A stretch of DNA of 9,427 bases, taken from Nanobdellota archaeon. Its GTDB lineage: Archaea; Nanobdellota; Nanobdellia; Pacearchaeales; GW2011-AR1. The number at the start of each line of letters is the position of its first letter. The first letter of the stretch is position 1. Both the position numbers and the translations under genes were made by a program. Below the pieces are notes generated by a model. It searched no databases. It saw nothing but the letters and a program-made list of their open reading frames with translations, and had not been told where the DNA came from. Location of the stretch: NCBI GenBank assembly GCA_018897135.1, contig JAHILJ010000025.1:1-9427 (forward strand), given 5' to 3'. Shown piece by piece: positions 1 through 5,526 of the stretch.

Positions 1-1254
1 AACTATATTGTTTACACTAACGTCTGAGTCTCCTTCTGTATTTTCAACTACAACATTATTATTATTTAAATCTCCTCCTATACTATCAATCACATTATTT
101 TCAACCACAACCTTTCCTTGATTATCTTCTTGATTATTATTATTTTCAACTATCTTTCCTGGTCTTTTTATTTCAACTTGCTCCCAAACATCATTTGCTT
201 TTTCATTCCATGCTTCAGTCATAGTCCTAAGTTTATTTACATAAGAAAACATAGAATCCAAATCTTCTTCTGCACAAGATTGTTTCATATTATCTATTAA
301 AGAAGTTGTTTCAGACATTAAACTGCTTGAATCCATGTTTTTATATTTTTCTCTAGAATCTACTTCATTTCCCACTTGTTTAGGGGGCTTAAAATTTCCT
401 CTTCCGTCAAAACGCAAGTCCATATTAATATAATTCCATTCACAATCATCGCACATTTCTAATCTAAGAATCGCTTCAAACTTTTCTCCTTCACAAAAAA
501 CAATTTCATTAAGAAATACTTGCTGGCTTTCTCTCTGGTTTTCACTTCCAAAAATAGATTTCATTATATCTTCACATTTCCCTCCCCCTTGCCTAAAATA
601 ATTATTAAAAATCATTTCTGCATCAACGCTCTGCTTTGCTAATTCTTCTGCATTTGAACTTGTTGGATTAGAATTAAACTGCTCTGCCAAACCCTGAATA
701 TTATTTATTTTAGTTTGGATATCTATCTGCTCTTCTGGTTTTTTAAATTCAGTACTAAAATGTAATCTATAAATTATAGAACCTTCTTCTGGAAGTTCTT
801 CAATATTCTCATTTTCAAAATTATCAAATTGATTTTTCTTGAAAATGCTTGGAAATGCTTCCATTCTTATTTGTATTTTCTTTCCATCAAAAATTATTTT
901 TCTCCAAACAGGAACAGAATAATCAAGTTTTCTATCTTGCTCTTCCCCTTCAACCCAAACCCATTTAGTTTCTTCATTTGATTCTCCAAGAACTTTTTTA
1001 ATTTGCTCTTGTTTTACAACACCCCCCATTTCTTTTCCTGTTGCACCCAAAATTTCATTTAAACCTTCTCTAGCAGAACTAACATATAACATTAACTTAA
1101 CATAATTAATATTTCCTGTTTCATATTCTTCAGCATAGTGAGTAATCTTTTGTATCTCAGAATCAACAGAACCAGCTAACACCGAAGGTAAAAACAAACT
1201 AACTAACAAAACCAAGACCAAAAACAAAAATCTCAACCTCTTCTCTTCTTTCAT
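1..1254 (-). CDS. Hypothetical secreted/surface protein, 3'-partial (continues past the left window edge); not in the supplied ORF track
   Basis: I translated the minus strand by hand from the ATG at 1254..1252 to position 1 and found 418 sense codons with no stop. The N-terminus MKEEKRLRFLFLVLVLLVSLFLPSVLAGS has a charged n-region, a Leu/Val hydrophobic core and a small-residue cleavage-type site, so it looks like a signal peptide or anchor. The composition is protein-like, acidic and Lys-rich, with five Cys including CDDC. The only competing ORF (118..300 +) is an Ile/Phe-rich antisense shadow. I recognise no family motif. Confidence 0.75.
   Translation of the reverse strand, partial: MKEEKRLRFLFLVLVLLVSLFLPSVLAGSVDSEIQKITHYAEEYETGNINYVKLMLYVSSAREGLNEILGATGKEMGGVVKQEQIKKVLGESNEETKWVWVEGEEQDRKLDYSVPVWRKIIFDGKKIQIRMEAFPSIFKKNQFDNFENENIEELPEEGSIIYRLHFSTEFKKPEEQIDIQTKINNIQGLAEQFNSNPTSSNAEELAKQSVDAEMIFNNYFRQGGGKCEDIMKSIFGSENQRESQQVFLNEIVFCEGEKFEAILRLEMCDDCEWNYINMDLRFDGRGNFKPPKQVGNEVDSREKYKNMDSSSLMSETTSLIDNMKQSCAEEDLDSMFSYVNKLRTMTEAWNEKANDVWEQVEIKRPGKIVENNNNQEDNQGKVVVENNVIDSIGGDLNNNNVVVENTEGDSDVSVNNIV
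40..150 (-). repeat. Imperfect in-frame coding repeat (VVEN/IVEN modules in an Asn-rich tail)
   Basis: The 9-mer attttcaac (minus strand GTTGAAAAT, Val-Glu-Asn) occurs three times, at 40..48, 97..105 and 142..150. The spacings are 57 and 45 nt, both multiples of 3. The peptides are KIVENNNNQEDNQ, GKVVVENNVIDSIGGDLNNN and NVVVENTEGDSD. Confidence 0.5.
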
Positions 1255-1294
1255 ATAATTATTTAACATCCTAAAGTTTATAAATTTACTTGAA
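1255..1294. promoter_or_regulatory. 40-nt divergent promoter region with two candidate archaeal TATA boxes
   Basis: The palindromic TTTATAAA at 1277..1284 lies 23 nt from the minus-strand ATG at 1254. TTATTTAA at 1259..1266 lies 29 nt from the plus-strand ATG at 1295. Neither gene has a clear SD, which fits leaderless or short-leader archaeal transcripts. Confidence 0.4.
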
Positions 1295-2482
1295 ATGATA
1301 TTTCAGTTAATAACCGCCCTCCTCGTCGGCATTCTCGTCGGAACCTTCACGGGCCTAATTCCAGGAATCCACATAAATCTTGTTGGAGCTTTTTTAATTT
1401 CACTTTCAACTTCTTTGTTTTTTAAAATTCCTGCAACTTATCTTGTTGTTTTCATAACATCGATGGCAATAACGCACACTTTTGTTGACTTTATTCCTTC
1501 AATATTTTTGGGTTGCCCAGACACAGACACAGAACTTTCTGTTTTGCCAGGGCACGAACTTTTAAAAAAAGGTTTAGGATATGAAGCAATTCTTTTAACA
1601 AATAAAGGAAGTTTAGCTGCAATTTTTCTCTTATTAATAATAGCAATTCCCTCTGTTTTTCTAATTTCAAAAATAAATAATTTAATGCAAATTCTAATTC
1701 CATATCTTTTAATTTTTACGTCTGTTTTTTTAATTTCATCTGAAAAAAAGAAATTAAGTGCCTTGCTTGTTTTTTTCCTCTCTGGCTTTTTAGGTTTTTG
1801 TGTTTTAAATTTAACTTCAATAAACCAACCGCTCTTTCCTCTTTTAACAGGATTGTTTGGAAGTTCAATGTTGGTTTTAAGTATAAAAAATAAATTTAAA
1901 GTTCCAAAACAAAAAATAACAAATCCAAAAACAAAATCATTTAAACCTCTTTTAGGAGCCTTGGTTGCTTCTCCACTTTGCAGTTTTCTTCCTGGACTTG
2001 GAAGCGGTCAAGCAGCAATAATTGGAAACTCAATTTCAAAGACTAACAAAAAAGGTTTCTTAATTTTACTCGGAGCAACAAATACTTTAGTCATGGGCTT
2101 TTCATTTATTTCGCTTTATGTTATTTCAAAAGCACGAACAGGTGCCGCAATTGCAATTTTAGAAATTATTGGAAATTTGTCTTGGAAAGTTTTAATCTTA
2201 ATTCTTCTTACAACTTTAATAAGCGGACTTCTTTCTTTTATAATTACAAAAAAATTAGCAAAAGTGTTTTCACAAAAAATAGAAAAAATAAATTACACAA
2301 AACTTTCTTTAGTTACTTTAATTTTTTTAGGAATAATTGTTTTTTTAATTTCTGGTTTTTTCGGTTTTATGATTTTGTTGGTTTCAACCTTAACAGGAAT
2401 TTATTGCATTTCTCTAAAAGTTCGAAGAACAAACATGATGGGCTGTTTGTTAATTCCGACAATAATTTTGTATCTTCTATAA
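1295..2482 (+). CDS. Polytopic membrane protein, TctA/DUF112-family-like (putative transporter subunit)
   Basis: The 395-aa ORF has an ATG start and is hydrophobic almost throughout, with many predicted TM helices. The N-terminal VGTFTGLIPGIHINLVGAFL resembles the TctA signature G-x-x-x-G-L-L-P-G-x-G...A-x-L. A second copy of the motif, SFLPGLGSGQAAIIG, sits in the C-terminal half, consistent with an internal duplication. The family assignment is from memory of the motif only. Confidence 0.8.
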   Translation: MIFQLITALLVGILVGTFTGLIPGIHINLVGAFLISLSTSLFFKIPATYLVVFITSMAITHTFVDFIPSIFLGCPDTDTELSVLPGHELLKKGLGYEAILLTNKGSLAAIFLLLIIAIPSVFLISKINNLMQILIPYLLIFTSVFLISSEKKKLSALLVFFLSGFLGFCVLNLTSINQPLFPLLTGLFGSSMLVLSIKNKFKVPKQKITNPKTKSFKPLLGALVASPLCSFLPGLGSGQAAIIGNSISKTNKKGFLILLGATNTLVMGFSFISLYVISKARTGAAIAILEIIGNLSWKVLILILLTTLISGLLSFIITKKLAKVFSQKIEKINYTKLSLVTLIFLGIIVFLISGFFGFMILLVSTLTGIYCISLKVRRTNMMGCLLIPTIILYLL

Positions 2483-3778
2483 TCCCCAACACTCTAAACA
2501 AAGTTTCTCCCTTGAAAAACCAATAGCTTCTTCCAAAGCCTCTACAGTAGCATACCTCAAACTATCTAAATTAAGTTTTTTCAGAATAGAATTTAAATCC
2601 ATTCTTGTGGCAATACAATCTTCATTTTCTTTTATACTATAACCATATCTACAAGCAGCTTTCAAAGGAGGACAAGCAATCCTTGCATGCACTTCTTTAG
2701 CACCCAACGCCTTTAATCTCAAAACCCTATTCCACATTTGAGTTCCTCTAACAATACTATCATCAACAAGAACAATTTTCCTTCCTTGTATTCTACTTTT
2801 CAAAGGAATCAATTTCACTTTAGCTTCTTTATCCCTAACCTCTTGTTTTGAGGAAGTAAAACTTCTATCAGAATAATCATATCTTACAAAAACTTCTTCA
2901 TAAGGAATTCCTGATTCTTTTGCATAACCTAAAGCATGCCATCTTCCTGAATTCGGAAGTGGAGAAACAACATCTGCATTAACAGGATATTTTTTAGCGA
3001 GAATTTCCCCAATATTAAACCTAACATCTGCAACACAACGCCCTTGAATAACTGATGGAGGATATGCACTATAAATCCATTCAAATGTTCCATATTTTAT
3101 CGGAGATAAATCTAATTTAGCCAAAGAACATATCCCTTTTTCATTTAATAAAACAGTTTCTCCAGGCTCAACATCTCTTACAATTTCAAATCCTGTATTC
3201 TCAAAAGAATTGCTTTCAGAAGAAACAGCATAATCTTCCTCCCTCTTTCCTAAAACCAAAGGTTTTCTTCCCCACCCTCTTGAAGCATAAATTCCTTCTT
3301 GAGCCAAAGAAAGAATTGCAAAATCTCCCTCCATCACATTAGTTAATTTTTCAATGCCTTTTTCAAAACTTGGTTCATTTGAAATTATTTTTGAAATTAA
3401 AAGATTATCACTTACTTGTTCAGGAGAACGATATCCACTAAAGCTCGCACCACGATTTAATAATTTGTTTTTTAAAAAATCACTATTTGATATTCTTCCA
3501 TCAAAACATAAAATCGCCCCACCAAATTTTGAAAATTCAGACGTCGGTTGTCTATAATTTGAAACAGCACCAACACCCCAATTGCCCTCCAAACTATCCA
3601 AATAATTTTTTGTAAAAATTGTTTTTATCAATCCTGCATGAGTATAATCTCTAAGCTCACCACCATTTTTCAAACCAACACCACAATAATCATGATTTCT
3701 ATGTTGCAAATAAGAAGTTCCTAAAACCAAATCTTCAACACATCTTTTGCTTGAAACAATTCCAAAAATTCCACCCAT
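2477..3778 (-). CDS. Amidophosphoribosyltransferase (PurF)-like protein with degenerate class II glutaminase active site
   Basis: The track ORF begins at a TTG at 3787, but I prefer the ATG at 3778..3776, which gives 433 aa. MGGIFGIV...LQHRNHDYCGVG parallels PurF MCG(I/V)xGI...LQHRGQ(D/E)xAGI. The PRTase signature VLVDDSIVRGT lies at 2741..2773, followed by EVHARIACPP...CRYGYSI and a C-terminal CLEC, which resemble the PurF PRPP-binding and Fe-S-ligand regions. YAVSSES...VRDVEPGE also matches PurF. Confidence 0.85.
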   Translation of the reverse strand: MGGIFGIVSSKRCVEDLVLGTSYLQHRNHDYCGVGLKNGGELRDYTHAGLIKTIFTKNYLDSLEGNWGVGAVSNYRQPTSEFSKFGGAILCFDGRISNSDFLKNKLLNRGASFSGYRSPEQVSDNLLISKIISNEPSFEKGIEKLTNVMEGDFAILSLAQEGIYASRGWGRKPLVLGKREEDYAVSSESNSFENTGFEIVRDVEPGETVLLNEKGICSLAKLDLSPIKYGTFEWIYSAYPPSVIQGRCVADVRFNIGEILAKKYPVNADVVSPLPNSGRWHALGYAKESGIPYEEVFVRYDYSDRSFTSSKQEVRDKEAKVKLIPLKSRIQGRKIVLVDDSIVRGTQMWNRVLRLKALGAKEVHARIACPPLKAACRYGYSIKENEDCIATRMDLNSILKKLNLDSLRYATVEALEEAIGFSREKLCLECWGL

Positions 3779-3832
3779 CAAGAACAAATAAAAAAATACT
3801 TCTTAAACTTTATTGTAATAAAACATCTATTT
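3779..3832 (-). promoter_or_regulatory. Compact terminator/promoter spacer between the beta-barrel-like gene and the PurF-like gene
   Basis: Read on the minus strand this is TAA-AAATAGATGTTTTATTACAATAAAGTTTAAGAAGTATTTTTTTATTTGTTCTTG-ATG. There is an oligo-T tract, TTTTATT, after the upstream stop. An A/T box, AATAAAGTTTAA (plus coordinates 3803..3814), lies 25 nt from the ATG at 3778. There is no SD. Confidence 0.3.
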
Positions 3833-4471
3833 TTAGAAAACAACACCTGCTGAAAAAACAGTTGAGCCCATATCAAAACCTGCATGCTCTTCTGTAGAAT
3901 AAGGATTTATTTTGCTTTTTCTAATTTCAATTCTTGCTCTTTTAATAAAAGAGTTTTCAATATAAACTTCTGCTCCACCAATAAACATCATTCCTGCACC
4001 TTCAATTTTCTCTTTATCTGGCTTCTTCTTATCTATTGAATCTTGTTTATATCTTAAGGTAGACCATTCAATTCCCACCCCTCCAAAAAAATTAATTCCT
4101 TTTTGTGGAATCATAATTTGTAAAGAGCCGTTTGTTATCAAATTAGTATATTGCGAATAACTTACAACAGAATTGTCTATGCTTGCTGTTTTTCTATTGA
4201 ACATAATTCCAACGCTTCCTTCATATCTAAAATTATCTGAAAAATAATTATTATAACCAAAAGCAAGAGGAAGTGCATTTCCCCATTCTTCATTCATATC
4301 TTTATCATTAAATTGAGATATTCCAACACTAAGAAACCCAGAGTCTTTCCTCTTCATATTTGGATCTCTTGCAAAACTTGGAACCAAAAGCCCCCCAGAA
4401 AGCACAACAGGTAAAAAAAACTTTTTAGAATAATCAAAACCCTCTTTTAAAATAGCGCCTAAACTTTTCAT
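3833..4471 (-). CDS. Exported all-beta protein, outer-membrane beta-barrel-like (OMP_b-brl-type pattern), function unknown
   Basis: The track ORF starts at a TTG at 4480, but I prefer the ATG at 4471..4469, which gives 212 aa beginning MKSLGAIL. The hydrophobic segment FFLPVVLSGGLLVPSFA is followed by RD, so it is a signal peptide or anchor. The rest consists of short alternating hydrophobic/polar segments rich in Gly and aromatics: GFLSVGIS, LPLAFGYNNYF, FRYEGSVGIMF, INFFGGVGIEW, GMMFIGGAEVYI. The protein ends ...VFSAGVVF with a C-terminal Phe (codon 3836..3838). Confidence 0.75.
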   Translation of the reverse strand: MKSLGAILKEGFDYSKKFFLPVVLSGGLLVPSFARDPNMKRKDSGFLSVGISQFNDKDMNEEWGNALPLAFGYNNYFSDNFRYEGSVGIMFNRKTASIDNSVVSYSQYTNLITNGSLQIMIPQKGINFFGGVGIEWSTLRYKQDSIDKKKPDKEKIEGAGMMFIGGAEVYIENSFIKRARIEIRKSKINPYSTEEHAGFDMGSTVFSAGVVF

Positions 4472-4556
4472 ATCTCTCAAAACAAAACCGAGTTTATAAA
4501 AATTATTATATTCTACAATACATAAAAAATTATAAAGTTTGAAAATCTTTAATTAT
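4472..4556. promoter_or_regulatory. Divergent promoter region with candidate TATA boxes for both flanking genes
   Basis: AGTTTATAAA (TATA at 4493..4500) lies 22 nt from the minus-strand ATG at 4471. It is the same 10-mer, at the same spacing, as the one at 1276..1284. TTATAAAG at 4530..4537 lies 20 nt from the plus-strand ATG at 4557. Confidence 0.45.
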
Positions 4557-4937
4557 ATGAAATCCCTAAATAACCTTTTATTAATTTTAACAAGTTGTTT
4601 TCTTTTAAATTGTGAACCTGTTTTAGAACCTCCTGCAGGATACAATAACGGAAAAGTGCAAGGAACTGTTTTCTATGATCCAGATGGAGATGGAAATTAT
4701 GAGGTTGTTGGAGATGCTACATTATGCTTAGACGGAATTTCCTATTTTGCAAATGGAAAACCAAAAACAAATTCAAATTCTGAAGGATATTTTGAGTTTC
4801 CAGATGTTGAGCCTGGAGAACATCTTGTTTGGGGCCATAAAAAAGTAGGAAATATCTATCATGAAACAAACATAACCTTTCCGGTTGAAGAGAAAAAAAT
4901 AACAACCTTAACATTGCGCCTTAGAAAAGGGCCTTAA
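4557..4937 (+). CDS. Small putative lipoprotein with prealbumin-like beta-sandwich (CarboxypepD_reg / SdrD-B-like) domain
   Basis: The track ORF starts at a TTG at 4539, but I prefer the in-frame ATG at 4557, which gives 126 aa. The N-terminus is MKSLNNLLLILTSC, with the lipobox-like L-T-S-C at 4587..4598. GKVQGTVFYDPDGDGNYEVVGDATLCLDG...NSEGYFEFPDVEPGEHLV matches the G-x-V-x-D-x-(D/N)-G...gA-x-V-x-L...td-x-G-x-F-x-F-x-x-l-x-p-G-x-y pattern of these domains. Confidence 0.75.
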   Translation: MKSLNNLLLILTSCFLLNCEPVLEPPAGYNNGKVQGTVFYDPDGDGNYEVVGDATLCLDGISYFANGKPKTNSNSEGYFEFPDVEPGEHLVWGHKKVGNIYHETNITFPVEEKKITTLTLRLRKGP

Positions 4938-4952
4938 TTAAAAATTATTTTT
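4938..4952. terminator. Possible bidirectional oligo-T termination zone between convergent genes
   Basis: Only 7 nt separate the convergent stops (TAA at 4935..4937 on plus, TAA at 4947..4945 on minus). A T6 run at 4947..4952 follows the plus gene, and a T5 run on the minus strand (aaaaa at 4940..4944) follows the minus gene. The ttaattaa palindrome at 4934..4941 spans the plus stop. Archaeal termination at oligo-T is established, but its use here is inferred. Confidence 0.25.
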
Positions 4953-5526
4953 TGTGAGCAATATAAAAAAGCTCGTTATAAAATAAATTTCGAATAAATT
5001 TCTTTTTGGTTTGAAAAGAAAAAAGATTTCCAAAAAGACTCTTGTATTCTTTTTCGTTTCGAATAAATTTCCCCCTATCAATAAATTTCATAAACCAATT
5101 ATTAAAAGGTTTTTTAGGAAAAAAACAAGGCTCCATCCCAACTACCGAACCTTTTTCTTTCAAAAGCCCATAGAGATATTTTCTATATTTTTTCATTTCA
5201 ATATCATTAATATGATGTAGGGTAGAAATAATAAAAACATAATCAAATTTTTTATCCCCAAGACAAAGATTTTCTAAAAGAATATCTTCAAAATTATAAT
5301 TAGGATAAACCTTTTTTGCATAATTAATTCTTTTTTTATCTAAATCAATTCCAAGATATCCTTTTGAATCAAATAGAAAACAGTAAGACCCAGCGCCACA
5401 ACCAAAATCAAGAACACTTTTTCCTGAAAACTCTACCTTCTTTTTTAAAACATCTTCCACATACTTCTTAGTCGCCTTTTGAGACCTCCAAATTTTATCA
5501 AAAATAAATGCAGGAATTTCTATCAT
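4945..5526 (-). CDS. Class I SAM-dependent methyltransferase (Methyltransf_11/25-like), substrate unknown
   Basis: Motif I is VLDFGCGAGSY, followed by an acidic loop (LGIDLD) and a post-II/III-like FDYVFIISTLHHI. The track start is a TTG at 5529, but I prefer the ATG at 5526..5524, which shares one base with the DP2 TGA stop (TGATG). Confidence 0.8.
   Translation of the reverse strand: MIEIPAFIFDKIWRSQKATKKYVEDVLKKKVEFSGKSVLDFGCGAGSYCFLFDSKGYLGIDLDKKRINYAKKVYPNYNFEDILLENLCLGDKKFDYVFIISTLHHINDIEMKKYRKYLYGLLKEKGSVVGMEPCFFPKKPFNNWFMKFIDRGKFIRNEKEYKSLFGNLFSFQTKKKFIRNLFYNELFYIAHKK

Noticed and set aside
118-300. Track ORF on the plus strand (60 aa, Ile/Phe-rich)
   Set aside because: It lies antisense to the 418-codon open frame at 1..1254. 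Its low-complexity I/F/L composition is what AT-rich antisense translation produces, and it has no start context or motif.
1491-2526. Track ORFs 1491..1703 (-) and 2182..2526 (+), which overlap the TctA-like gene
   Set aside because: They are alternative-frame or antisense shadows of a long hydrophobic CDS. The products are N/F/K- or L/K/E-rich low-complexity strings.
4413-4420. An A8/T8 homopolymer in the 5' part of the beta-barrel-like gene as a slipped-strand phase-variation switch
   Set aside because: Runs of 7-9 A or T are common across this AT-rich window (for example near 4893 and near 9405), so this one is not distinctive. There is no evidence of length heterogeneity from a single sequence.
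3779-4556. TTG start codons proposed by the track (3787, 4480, 4539, 5529, 9421)
   Set aside because: In each case except 9421 an in-frame ATG lies 1-6 codons downstream. That ATG gives a better N-terminus (MGGIFGI aligned to PurF, MKSL signal peptides) and sensible TATA spacing or overlap coupling. At 9421 the frame is still open to the window edge and the HD domain is incomplete, so the TTG is internal.
4934-4941. The ttaattaa palindrome between convergent genes as a regulatory hairpin
   Set aside because: It is an 8-nt all-A/T palindrome with no loop, spans a stop codon, and is expected by chance in this composition. I noted it only as part of a possible oligo-T termination zone.
3354-5220. 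Track ORFs 3354..3557 (+), 4717..4914 (-) and 5011..5220 (+)
   Set aside because: Each lies antisense within a CDS that has recognisable domain motifs (PurF-like, prealbumin-like domain, methyltransferase). None has independent support.
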